From: Phycisphaeraceae bacterium
GTDB taxonomy: Bacteria > Planctomycetota > Phycisphaerae > Phycisphaerales > Phycisphaeraceae
Direction: 5' to 3'
Assembly (NCBI GenBank): GCA_963674705.1
Contig: OY771506.1
Location: forward strand, 3,904,001 to 3,968,000
DNA: 64,000 nucleotides
Made by a program: the position numbers and the translations under genes. Positions 29,611 to 38,832 of the stretch are shown one piece after another (within the stretch, counting starts at the first letter, position 1; each line of letters opens with the position of its first letter). Below the pieces are notes generated by a model. It worked only from the letters and a program-made list of their open reading frames with translations, was not told where the DNA came from and ran no database searches.

Positions 29611-29673
29611 ATTCTTGAAGACTTTCATATTCATTATTTCAGTCATATCAACAGAATACGAAATTTCGTTCAT

Positions 29674-29689
29674 CGGCATGGTGCTTGCC
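29674..29689 (+). promoter_or_regulatory. Sigma-54 (-24/-12) promoter
   Basis: CGGCAT-GGTGC-TTGC, with exact GG-N10-GC spacing. Confidence 0.8.
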
Positions 29690-29744
29690 AATGCTCCTCC
29701 CGTGCGGCTGTGATGCCGCAGGCAAGAAGCGAAAGGAGTCTGCC

Positions 29745-30086
29745 ATGAATACGAAGTCTTCCGCCAAGTTACTCGGACGCCGCCTTTTGTGGGGTGTCGT
29801 GGTGTGGGGTGTGCTGACCATCCTGATATTGGGTGGCGAGAACTGGCTGAACCAGGTGTATCTGCCACAGCAGTCGGCAGCGTTGGGTGTTTCACAACTA
29901 CCCCCCAGTGATGCGTCGGCCAACGCGCTACGCGGTTTTGAATGGCTCAAAGGTGTGGTGTCCTCAGGCACGCATGTGTTGATCTTCATCCTGGCGTGGT
30001 TGTTCTGGGGCATGACGACGTTCCGACTGCTGATCGCACCTGCCGAGACACAAAAGAAACAAACAACATTGTCGGTGGATGAGTGA
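29745..30086 (+). CDS. Small 2-TM membrane protein, first gene of the sigma-54 operon
   Basis: RBS AAGGAG; two hydrophobic segments. Confidence 0.8.
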   Translation: MNTKSSAKLLGRRLLWGVVVWGVLTILILGGENWLNQVYLPQQSAALGVSQLPPSDASANALRGFEWLKGVVSSGTHVLIFILAWLFWGMTTFRLLIAPAETQKKQTTLSVDE

Positions 30087-30129
30087 GGCCGGGCATTCAT
30101 CAAATACAGGATTGAAAGGAGACATTGCT

Positions 30130-31221
30130 ATGAAAGCCAAGCTGACCATTTTTGTCGTTGTCCTGCTGCTCATCTGTGCGCCACTGGTTCGCTGCCGTCC
30201 TTACGACAAGCCGGAGTTTATGGAGATAGACACCTCCGAGACAGGCTTCCTGATCGCGCTGGAGGGCGACACGGGCAACCAGATGTCGTTTGATTCCGAG
30301 AGCTACCTGGAACAGCGAAAGGTTGCAGCCAAACGTGTACAGATCCCGCACCGCTGGGTGCAGAAAGGCAGGCTGTGGTTTGATGGCGACTGGATCGACA
30401 CGGTGCGTCTGGTGACGGTGGACCGTTCCCCGGTGACGCGCGAGTGGACCGCTGAATCCACCAGCGGTACATCCGACCGTAACGAGGCGATCTGGATCGA
30501 GAGCAAGGATTCGGTCGGCTTCTCGGTCGGATTCAACTGCACCGCCTTCATCGAGGAAGAGAACACCGCACGGTTCCTGTACATGTATCGCAGCAAATCG
30601 CTGTCGCAGATGATGGATACTGAGATCCGCGCCCGTATCCAGGCCAAGGCGGCGGAGGTGGCGGCGAAGTACGACCTGGACGAGTTGCGGTCCCACAAAC
30701 AGGAAATCATAGATGCGGTCCGTGTAGATGTGGTCGACTTCTTTGCTCAGCGTGGGATCACGATCACGACGATCGGCATGTTCGGTGGTTTCACGTACCA
30801 GAATCCCGACATCCAGCAGGCCATCGACCAGACGTTCGTGGCCCAGCAGTTGAAGGTGGTCAACGCTGCGAAGCTGGATGCCCAGGCCAAGGAAAACCAG
30901 CGGATAGAACTGGAAGCTGAGGGGATGGCCAACCGCGCCCGCAAGATCGCCAAGGGTGAAGCCGATGCCGTGCGTGAATTGGCGGCGGCAACGCGAGAGG
31001 CCCAGTCTGACCCGCTGTTTATGCAACTGAAGATGCTGGAGGTTGAGCAGATGCGGATCGAGCAGTGGGACGGTGCCTACCCGACCTACATGATGACACT
31101 CGGTAGTGCTGAAAAGTCGCCCACAGGCTTGATGTTGCATGTTCCAACGATCGCTTCGGGTGTGATTTCCGGCGTTGCATCCGGCGTTGCCACGGGAGCG
31201 GTCACCGAGATCAAACACTGA
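30130..31221 (+). CDS. SPFH/Band-7 domain membrane protein
   Basis: N-terminal anchor; IESKDSVGFSV, L...K.EI, RGITIT, NPDIQQAID, an A/E coiled coil and IEQWDG.YP; RBS AAAGGAG. Confidence 0.82.
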   Translation: MKAKLTIFVVVLLLICAPLVRCRPYDKPEFMEIDTSETGFLIALEGDTGNQMSFDSESYLEQRKVAAKRVQIPHRWVQKGRLWFDGDWIDTVRLVTVDRSPVTREWTAESTSGTSDRNEAIWIESKDSVGFSVGFNCTAFIEEENTARFLYMYRSKSLSQMMDTEIRARIQAKAAEVAAKYDLDELRSHKQEIIDAVRVDVVDFFAQRGITITTIGMFGGFTYQNPDIQQAIDQTFVAQQLKVVNAAKLDAQAKENQRIELEAEGMANRARKIAKGEADAVRELAAATREAQSDPLFMQLKMLEVEQMRIEQWDGAYPTYMMTLGSAEKSPTGLMLHVPTIASGVISGVASGVATGAVTEIKH

Positions 31222-31253
31222 TATGAGCGGCGGCCGAGGGCGTCGCAACCAGA

Positions 31254-31284
31254 AGCGGCCGCGTCGGGCATCGGCGCGGCCGCT
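31254..31284 (+). terminator. GC-rich hairpin after the SPFH gene
   Basis: AGCGGCCGCGTCG-GGCAT-CGGCGCGGCCGCT followed by AT-rich sequence. Confidence 0.5.
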
Positions 31285-31513
31285 ATATTAAGATTCTTAT
31301 AGCTTTTAACATCTCATTCAAACAAGGGTTTAATCCTGTCAGTCCCGGCCTTGCCCTCAAGTACCCGTATTGGCCCATCCTACGGTTGGTTATTACAATC
31401 CCAAGTCTAGAGAGGCGGCCCCAAAGGAATCCCACCGGATACCTCCCGGAACCACGGAATCCTTCCGGATTACCCGCGTTAACACGACAGGCTATTTAGA
31501 GGCCCATCGACCG

Positions 31514-32794
31514 ATGCCCTACGACCTGAAGCCCATCGACCTGGATGTCGAAACCACGCCTTACCTCAAGCCTGAGGAACAGACAGGCGACCGCTGGACG
31601 CTTAACTTCGGGCCCCAGCACCCTTCGACGCATACCACCCTCCGTCTTGTCATGGAACTGGACGGCGAACGTGTCGCGCGGGTGACGCCCCATATCGGGT
31701 ACCTTCACTCCGGCTTTGAGAAGCTTGGTGAAGCACTGGATTACAACCAGTATGTCACCATCGTCAGCCGGATGAACTATATCTCGCCGATCAGCAATGA
31801 CATTGCCTGGCACACGGCAGTCGAGAAGCTGTTTGATATCGATCTAACGCCTCGATGCAAGGTCGTCCGCACGATCCTTGCTGAACTCGGACGCATTCAG
31901 GACCACCTGCTGTGCATCGGTGCGGCGGCGATCGATCTGGGCGCGTTCACCGGCTTCCTTTATGGGTTCAACCAGCGTGAGCGCATTTACGACATCATGG
32001 ACTTCATCTCAGGCCAGCGGTTCCATCCGGACTACACCCGCGTCGGCGGGACCATGATGGAACTGCCTGACGAGGCAATGTTCAAAAAGATGGTCAAGAA
32101 CTTCATCTTCGATCAGCTTCCACCGGCGATAAACGACATCCGCACGCTGCTGACGAATAACCGCATCTTCCGCGAACGGACCGAAGGTATCGGGACGATC
32201 ACGCATGATGAAGCGGTCGCCTGGAGTCTGTCAGGCCCAGTGGCACGAGCGGCAGGGGTACGAAGGGATCTGCGTAAGGATGAGCCTTACCTGTGCTATG
32301 CCGACAACTGGGACGGCATGGGCGCGAAGCCTGTGGAGTTCAAAGTCCCGATCGCGACGACCGGCGACGTGTTCGCCCGCTACCTGGTGCGTCTGGAAGA
32401 GGTCGAGCAGTCGGTCTCGATCATTAAGCAACTCATCGACAACATCCCGGGCGGGCCGATGAATGTGGATTCGGACGGCAAGGCGATCAAGCCCAGCAAG
32501 GCCGAAGTGTATGGCTCGATCGAAGGATTGATTCAGCACTTTGAACTGGTCATGACCAATCGCGGCTGGGAAGCGCCGATTGCGGAGGTGTATGCAGCGA
32601 ACGAAACCGCCAACGGCGAGCTGGGCTTCTACATCGTCAGTGATGGTGGGCCGAGGCCGTGGCGTGCCCGTTGCCGGCCGCCGAGTTACATCAACTACCA
32701 GGTGTTCGCCAAGATGATGGAAGGGCACCTGATTGCGGATGCCGTGGCGATCCTGGGCAGCTTGAACATCATCGCGGCGGAACTGGATCGTTAA
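31514..32794 (+). CDS. nuoD: NADH-quinone oxidoreductase subunit D
   Basis: NFGPQHPSTH..LRL, IGYLHSGFEK, RKDEPY, GELG and ELDR end. Confidence 0.96.
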   Translation: MPYDLKPIDLDVETTPYLKPEEQTGDRWTLNFGPQHPSTHTTLRLVMELDGERVARVTPHIGYLHSGFEKLGEALDYNQYVTIVSRMNYISPISNDIAWHTAVEKLFDIDLTPRCKVVRTILAELGRIQDHLLCIGAAAIDLGAFTGFLYGFNQRERIYDIMDFISGQRFHPDYTRVGGTMMELPDEAMFKKMVKNFIFDQLPPAINDIRTLLTNNRIFRERTEGIGTITHDEAVAWSLSGPVARAAGVRRDLRKDEPYLCYADNWDGMGAKPVEFKVPIATTGDVFARYLVRLEEVEQSVSIIKQLIDNIPGGPMNVDSDGKAIKPSKAEVYGSIEGLIQHFELVMTNRGWEAPIAEVYAANETANGELGFYIVSDGGPRPWRARCRPPSYINYQVFAKMMEGHLIADAVAILGSLNIIAAELDR

Positions 32795-32850
32795 CCGATT
32801 CGTGAACTGTTCCGGCGATACCATCGCCGGCTTTGTAATGGGAAAGAACC

Positions 32851-33375
32851 ATGGCCTGGATTGCCAAAAACTCGGCGACGATGCAGATCGATCGACGGGA
32901 TCAGCCTTACCTGACTGACGACCTGAAGCAGCAACTGGAGTCTGAGATCCTGCCACGTTATGACACGCGTCAGGCGGCGACGATGCCCGCACTGCACCTC
33001 GTGCAGGACACGCACGGCTGGCTACCGCACCAGGCGATCGAAGAGATCGCCGACTTCCTCGGGCTGACCTCTAGCCAGGTCATGGATACCGCAACATTCT
33101 ACGAAGAATACTGGCTCAAACCACACGGCAAGTACGTGATCTGGGTCTGCCAGTCGCTGAGCTGTGAATTGATGGGTCAACAGGAACTGGTCGCCAAGCT
33201 CGAGGCACATCTGGGGATCAAGGTTGGTGAGACGACCGATGATGGCAGGTTCACGCTGATGGATGTCGAATGCCTCGGCAGTTGTGGCACGGCACCGTGT
33301 GCACTGGTCAACCACGATCTGCACGAAAACATTAACGCGGACAACTTCAAGCGCGTGCTGGATGCATTGGAGTAG
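32851..33375 (+). CDS. nuoE: NADH-quinone oxidoreductase subunit E
   Basis: ATFY, CQSLSC and ECLGSC (2Fe-2S ligands). Confidence 0.95.
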   Translation: MAWIAKNSATMQIDRRDQPYLTDDLKQQLESEILPRYDTRQAATMPALHLVQDTHGWLPHQAIEEIADFLGLTSSQVMDTATFYEEYWLKPHGKYVIWVCQSLSCELMGQQELVAKLEAHLGIKVGETTDDGRFTLMDVECLGSCGTAPCALVNHDLHENINADNFKRVLDALE

Positions 33376-33378
33376 TCG

Positions 33379-33564
33379 ATGGGCTGGTTCACCCGGCTGT
33401 GCCGGAACACGGGCCTGATGGTCCACCACATTGCCAAGCCCGCGAAGGGTGAGAAGCATGTAGTGAGACACGAGACCGAAGAAAAGCAGGTCAACGAAAA
33501 CGTGACCCTGCGACGAACCACGATCGAAGAGATTGAGGTCAGGAAAGATAATGCGAGAGAGTGA
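33379..33564 (+). CDS. Small hypothetical protein inside the nuo operon
   Basis: Starts 3 nt after the nuoE stop; GGAG RBS; genome-like codon usage. Confidence 0.65.
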   Translation: MGWFTRLCRNTGLMVHHIAKPAKGEKHVVRHETEEKQVNENVTLRRTTIEEIEVRKDNARE

Positions 33565-33612
33565 GTTAGAGCAATACTTGGTTGTTGATCAAGAAAACCC
33601 GGGAACAATCTT

Positions 33613-33828
33613 ATGCTCCAACTCGCCTTTGTTCAGATCGGTGATACTGAATTTGTACTGTTACTCGGCTTTGGGGGTATTATCGTAACGCTGGGCGTGA
33701 TGATTCTCTGGTTAAAGGCACTCGTTAAAACGATTGATTCCCAAAACGAACTCACACGCAGATTGATGAATGAACTTGTAAAAGCCTCCAGCAACAAGCC
33801 AGACGATGCGGAAAACGCACGGAAGTAA
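33613..33828 (+). CDS. Small single-TM hypothetical protein inside the nuo operon
   Basis: One hydrophobic helix; ends 6 nt before nuoF; AT-richer. Confidence 0.6.
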   Translation: MLQLAFVQIGDTEFVLLLGFGGIIVTLGVMILWLKALVKTIDSQNELTRRLMNELVKASSNKPDDAENARK

Positions 33829-33834
33829 GAAGCA

Positions 33835-35208
33835 ATGACGACCCTGAAAGAACCCGTCCTGACCAAGCGCATCCCGACCCACCCGTGGGGTGATCCGGCC
33901 GACCGGAAAGTCGTGACGTATGACGAGTACGTGAAGACCGGCGGATACAAGGGGCTGGAGAACGCGCTGGGGATGGACCCGAAGGATGTGGTCGACCTGG
34001 TGAAGTCGGCCGAGGTACGTGGCCGCGGCGGTGCGGGTTTCCCGGCGGGGATGAAGTGGAGCTTCCTGCCGCCGGAGGATGGTGGGCGTCGTTACCTGAC
34101 GATCAACTCCGACGAGTCCGAGCCCGGTACGTTCAAAGACCGGCTGCTGATCGACTTCGATCCCCACATCATCATAGAAGGCATCGCCATCTGCATGCAC
34201 GCCTGCCGGCTGGATACGGCGTACTTCTACATCCGTGGTGAATATCATCATCAGCGAGAAGTCTTCGAGGCAGCGATCAAGGAAGCCTACGAAAACAAGG
34301 TACTCGGACCCGATTCCCGTCTGGGCAAGATCAACGACCGCTGGCCCGATCTGTTCCTGCATCGTGGCGCCGGTGCGTACGTGTGCGGCGAAGAGACGGC
34401 ATTGCTGGAATCGCTGGAAGGCAAGCGTGGTTGGCCTCGCATCAAGCCGCCATTCCCCGCGGTCGCCGGTGCGTTCGGTCGGCCGACGATTATCAATAAC
34501 GTCGAGACACTTGCGATCTGCACGCCGATCCTCGAACGCGGTGCGGACGGACCGAAGTGGTTCCAGTCGATGGGCACGCAACGGCCGGAAGGCGCGCCGC
34601 CACATGTCCCTGCCAGCTTCGGCCCGAAGCTGTTCGGCGTGTCGGGGCACGTGAACCGGCCCGGCGTCTACGAAGAAGAGTTGGGCATCACGCTCAAGGA
34701 TCTGATCGAAGGGCTCTGTCAAGGCATGCGTGGCGGTAAGAAGTTCAAATCCGCTATCCCCGGCGGCATCTCCACGGGCGTTCTCAGCACCGATGATTAC
34801 GAAGTCAAACTCGACTTTGATATCACCAAGTACGACACACTCGGACTCGGTACTGCGGGCGTCATGGTTATGGATGAAGACGTCTCCATGGTTGCTGTAG
34901 CCCGCAATATCGCAAGATTTTTCAGCCACGAATCCTGTGGCCAGTGCACGCCTTGCCGTGAGGGCACAAAGTGGATGTACAAGATGCTCGACCGCATCGA
35001 GGCCGGTGACGGCACGACCCACGACCTGGACCTGCTGCTGGAAATCGCCGGCTCGATGGGGGCGCTACCCTCCGGCCGTGGCGCCACGATCTGCGGCCTC
35101 GCCGACGGAGCGAACTGGGCGATCCGAACGATCGTAAACAAGTTCTGGCACGAATTCGAGGCGAAGGTCAGCAAGACGCATCTGGTGTCGCTGGCGGTCG
35201 TGAGTTGA
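33835..35208 (+). CDS. nuoF: NADH-quinone oxidoreductase subunit F
   Basis: RGRGGAGFP, DESEPGTFKDR, GAGAYVCGEETAL, ESCGQCTPCREG and TIC. Confidence 0.97.
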   Translation: MTTLKEPVLTKRIPTHPWGDPADRKVVTYDEYVKTGGYKGLENALGMDPKDVVDLVKSAEVRGRGGAGFPAGMKWSFLPPEDGGRRYLTINSDESEPGTFKDRLLIDFDPHIIIEGIAICMHACRLDTAYFYIRGEYHHQREVFEAAIKEAYENKVLGPDSRLGKINDRWPDLFLHRGAGAYVCGEETALLESLEGKRGWPRIKPPFPAVAGAFGRPTIINNVETLAICTPILERGADGPKWFQSMGTQRPEGAPPHVPASFGPKLFGVSGHVNRPGVYEEELGITLKDLIEGLCQGMRGGKKFKSAIPGGISTGVLSTDDYEVKLDFDITKYDTLGLGTAGVMVMDEDVSMVAVARNIARFFSHESCGQCTPCREGTKWMYKMLDRIEAGDGTTHDLDLLLEIAGSMGALPSGRGATICGLADGANWAIRTIVNKFWHEFEAKVSKTHLVSLAVVS

Positions 35209-35321
35209 AATGTTCAGTGTTCGATAGGCAATGTTCAACCTGGATATAGCAAAAATTCCGGTTGATAATTGGAGTTTGGACTTTTCACATCCATAACACC
35301 CCGGCCTGCTATGATATCCAT

Positions 35322-35879
35322 ATGGACTCCCTCCAAGGCAAGCTGCTTTTAGCCGCGCCGGCGATGCAGGACCCGAACTTTGCACGTTCGGTGGTGCTGA
35401 TCGTTCGTCACGATGGAGACGGAGCGTTGGGCCTGGTGCTGAATCGGCCGACGGGGGCAATGGTGCGTGAGGCGATTTCGGATGAGAGTGGCTTCAAGTG
35501 CAGGACTGATGCGGTGCTGCTGCGGGGCGGACCTTGTGATGGACCTTTGATGGTCCTGCACGCTGATGAAGAGTTAGCCCAGGAGACGGTGCTGCCGGGC
35601 GTGTACTTCACGGTCGAGAGTGACCTGGTGCAGGAACTGCTTGGTAGTGAAGCGGAGGCGGTTCGGTTTTTCCACGGATACGCAGGTTGGGCGCCGGGGC
35701 AATTGGATGCCGAGTATGAGGCGGGGGGCTGGCTGCCATTAGAAGCGACGGTCGATAACGTGTTCGAGCCGGACATGGATACCGAGTCGTGGTCTGTCTT
35801 GATCAAGCAGCGTGGCCGGGAGGAGTTGAAGAATCAGATCAATCCCGATCTGATCCCACCGGACCCGTCGATGAACTAA
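35322..35879 (+). CDS. YqgE/AlgH family protein
   Basis: LLLAAPAMQDPNFARSVV, GLVLNRP, GGP and GYAGWAPGQL..E...W. Confidence 0.93.
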   Translation: MDSLQGKLLLAAPAMQDPNFARSVVLIVRHDGDGALGLVLNRPTGAMVREAISDESGFKCRTDAVLLRGGPCDGPLMVLHADEELAQETVLPGVYFTVESDLVQELLGSEAEAVRFFHGYAGWAPGQLDAEYEAGGWLPLEATVDNVFEPDMDTESWSVLIKQRGREELKNQINPDLIPPDPSMN

Positions 35880-35898
35880 TCAACGTGCAAATAAATCT

Positions 35899-35969
35899 GT
35901 TTAGCGGGCGATCGCAGAACGCCGTGCAGAGTATTTGCATACGAGCGGATCTACGACCCGCTGCTAAAC
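35899..35969. repeat. Inverted pair of degenerate REP-like palindromes with GTTTAGC/GCTAAAC feet
   Basis: GTTTAGC-GGGCG..CGCC ... AGCGG..CCGCT-GCTAAAC. Confidence 0.55.
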
Positions 35970-35979
35970 TGTCAGAACC

Positions 35980-37101
35980 ATGAGTGAAGATACATCACCA
36001 CACCTGGACGCGATTCCTACGGTTTGCAGCTTGATCGAGGATGGAATCAAGGCCGGCCGGCATCTGGGGGCACAAGTTTATGCATCGATCGATGGCAAAA
36101 CCGTCGCGGACGGTGGGATCGGATTAGCTCGACGCAATACGCCATTAACCAGCGATTCGATACCAATCTGGATGAGTGCGACCAAGCCGGTTACTGCGAT
36201 AGCATTAGCTCAGCAGTGGGAATTAGGCCGAATCGATCTGGATCGGCCTGTCGCCGATGAGATACCGGACTTTGCGCAGGGCGGCAAAGAGAAGATCACC
36301 CCTCGCCACCTGCTGACGCACACGGGTGGCTTTCGCGCTTCACGATTTCGTTCGCCTGATGATGACTGGGACAAGATTATCCGTCTGATCTGCCAGACGC
36401 CGATCGAGCACGGGTGGGTGCCCGGCGAGCGAGCGGGTTACCACATCCATTCGAGCTGGTTCATCATTGGCGAGCTGGTACGCCTCGCATCGGGCTTGGC
36501 TTATCGGGACTATGTGCGTGAGCAGATCTTGTTGCCGTTGAAGATGCAGGATTCCTGGATCGGCATGTCGCAGGAGTTTTATCAGGCTAATCGCAAGCGT
36601 ATCTGTGCGATGCCGAACATGGTGTCGAATCCTCCGACCCCGAGCGGTTTTGACACTGAGCGCTGGTGTATGGACTGTCGGCCGGGTGGTAGCGGTTATG
36701 GGCCCGTACGTGAACTGGTACGGTTCTACGAGATGATGCTCAACGGCGGAGAACTGGTTGGCGTTCGCATCATTGAGCCGGAGACTGTCGAGTTATTTAC
36801 AGATCGTCACCGGGAGAATATGCACGATCGAAGCTTCAACCACACCATCGACTGGGGGCTGGGCTTCACTATCAACTCGATTCATTACGGGGAATCCGAG
36901 CAGTTGCCTTACGGCTTCGGGCCTCACGCTTCACGGAACACGTTCGGTCATGCCGGTTATCAGTCTTCGATTGCGTTTGCGGACCCGGAACACAGGCTTG
37001 CTGCAGGCATCATATTCAACGGCATGCCGGGCGACCCGGCCCATCAGAAACGTGCTCATCAGGTGCTCGGCGCGTTATATACCGATCTGGGGCTGGTTTA
37101 A
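35980..37101 (+). CDS. Serine hydrolase, beta-lactamase class C/EstB family
   Basis: SATK (SxxK), HLLTHTGG, PGE..GYH and FGHAG. Confidence 0.92.
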   Translation: MSEDTSPHLDAIPTVCSLIEDGIKAGRHLGAQVYASIDGKTVADGGIGLARRNTPLTSDSIPIWMSATKPVTAIALAQQWELGRIDLDRPVADEIPDFAQGGKEKITPRHLLTHTGGFRASRFRSPDDDWDKIIRLICQTPIEHGWVPGERAGYHIHSSWFIIGELVRLASGLAYRDYVREQILLPLKMQDSWIGMSQEFYQANRKRICAMPNMVSNPPTPSGFDTERWCMDCRPGGSGYGPVRELVRFYEMMLNGGELVGVRIIEPETVELFTDRHRENMHDRSFNHTIDWGLGFTINSIHYGESEQLPYGFGPHASRNTFGHAGYQSSIAFADPEHRLAAGIIFNGMPGDPAHQKRAHQVLGALYTDLGLV

Positions 37102-37105
37102 CGAA

Positions 37106-37312
37106 TCAGATAGGCACGTGTCGCGGCCCGGAAGGGCCATGATGGATACGCTGCACGGCCTCAGCGGTCAGGCTCATGAGCGTCTGCTCGTCCAGTTCGT
37201 TGATCAGTTGCTTGAGTTGGCGGTTAAGCGGGCGGTTTTGCCAGCGGTTGAATCCCGGCAGGTCTGAGATGAGGCGGTTAGCTGAAACATCCGTGTATGG
37301 GCGTGAATCCAT
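37106..37312 (-). CDS. Small hypothetical protein
   Basis: ATG preceded by AAGGA; fills the gap between two + genes. Confidence 0.45.
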   Translation of the reverse strand: MDSRPYTDVSANRLISDLPGFNRWQNRPLNRQLKQLINELDEQTLMSLTAEAVQRIHHGPSGPRHVPI

Positions 37313-37541
37313 CGGTGCCGATTCCTTTCTTAACTTGTCCCCTCCGCCCCGTTGTCGTTGGCCCCGTCTGTCCAAACACAATGATCGGCCCGTGATCTGT
37401 CGGGCTTAATCATGACACGAAGAATAAGTGAAACATCGCATCCATCTTGTCAATGTGCGTACGATTCGCGTATGCTTGTATAGTATTTGCGTATCAATAA
37501 AGACTTGAATTTAAAGGGAAAATGACGAGAGGTCGTGGGGT

Positions 37542-37973
37542 ATGAAAAGGCAAAGCATGAACCGGTCTATTGTGTATGGGCTACTTTTTATTTTATTCGG
37601 TGCTTATATCACCGGCTGCGAACCCAAGCCAAAGATTACGGATAAGAATGTTGAAGTGATTGATGATGTACAGGTTGCAGAGATGATCCAGAACAACGAC
37701 AAGCTTTTGATCATCGATACACGTCCGGATTACCGGTATCGCCTGGGGCACCTGCCCGGTGCGATCAATATCCCATTGCCTGAACTTGAACCAGATGACA
37801 GCCGGATCACGCCTGATAAGCACATTGTGGTCTATGGCGACGGCCCGCGCAACACGCTATCGCATGCGGCAGCGAAGAAACTCCTGACATCCAGTAAGTT
37901 AGTGGTTTACGACTTCCGCGGCGGCTACGAGTTATGGACCAAGAATGGGCGGGAAACCGTGGCGGGGTATTGA
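37542..37973 (+). CDS. Rhodanese-like lipoprotein (active-site Cys absent)
   Basis: Lipobox ITGC; IIDTR, GHLPGAINIP, VVYGDG and GG...W. Confidence 0.85.
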   Translation: MKRQSMNRSIVYGLLFILFGAYITGCEPKPKITDKNVEVIDDVQVAEMIQNNDKLLIIDTRPDYRYRLGHLPGAINIPLPELEPDDSRITPDKHIVVYGDGPRNTLSHAAAKKLLTSSKLVVYDFRGGYELWTKNGRETVAGY

Positions 37974-37980
37974 TGATCAG

Positions 37981-38619
37981 CTAAGCGGCACGGATACGAA
38001 AGGGCGGTCGCGGCTGCTCTGGTTTGTCCGCGTCAACCTCAACCGCTTCTTCGATCGTTTCTTGTTCCGACTTCTCGGGCCATAGCCCGGCGATCAAGCA
38101 TATGATCGCAACCGCCAACAGGGCGTAGCGGCTAGGTCCACTCGTTATGCGTGTCATACGGGTATTGATCGGACGCAAGGGCTGGATGTCTTGGCCAACG
38201 ACCGGTAAAGGCGATGCCAGCCATGACTCAATTACTGCATCGTTTCCGGAGAAAGTTGGATCGTTAACTGTTACGTAGTTCGAACCTTGTACGCCTCCTG
38301 CAGGAGCGGATGCCAGCCACAGTCCGTCCATCAGCTTCTTATCAGCCGGTTTGTAGCGAAGGTGCGTGAACGCCAGACGTTCCAGCAGTGCCGGGTCATC
38401 AGATTCCAAAGCATCATAAAAGGCGGCGTAACGCTCACGTTGGGTCTGCATGCTCTCGGCTTGCAGTTTGAGCATGTCGCGTTGCCAGACCATCTCCCGC
38501 CAGCTTAGCCATTCGGGCGTGATCAGCGTCATCCCAAGCAAAATCAGTCCACCCAGCAGAGGTAACCACCCGGCCAGGGTGGAGAGCAATGTCTCAAGCG
38601 GATGTGGGCGCAACGACAT
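37981..38619 (-). CDS. Hypothetical membrane protein (TM, coiled coil, TM)
   Basis: Two hydrophobic helices with a heptad-like region ending DP.LLERLA. Confidence 0.75.
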   Translation of the reverse strand: MSLRPHPLETLLSTLAGWLPLLGGLILLGMTLITPEWLSWREMVWQRDMLKLQAESMQTQRERYAAFYDALESDDPALLERLAFTHLRYKPADKKLMDGLWLASAPAGGVQGSNYVTVNDPTFSGNDAVIESWLASPLPVVGQDIQPLRPINTRMTRITSGPSRYALLAVAIICLIAGLWPEKSEQETIEEAVEVDADKPEQPRPPFRIRAA

Positions 38620-38832
38620 AAGCTAGTTATCGGCCGACCGGCATCTCTGGCAGTAGAAACAAACGATGTTCGCTACAGATCGAAAGCCAGCAATGCGCAA
38701 AAGACTTCATTAGTAGACTTGTTACTGACAACTTTTTGATTCACAAACACTTATTTACGTCATGCCGGACACCAAAACTCAAGCCTAATGAGATATACTC
38801 CGCATGTCACTTGAACATGGAGGCTATTCGGG

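Noticed and set aside
30100..31248. 382-aa minus-strand ORF
   Set aside because: Antisense shadow of the SPFH gene, which has an RBS and promoter support.
31427..31437. att-like duplicate of the tRNA 3' end (GAATCCCACCG)
   Set aside because: Only 11 bp, core genes lie between the copies, and no integrase is in the window.
33712..35022. 436-aa minus-strand ORF
   Set aside because: Antisense shadow of nuoF, as expected from high-GC codon bias.
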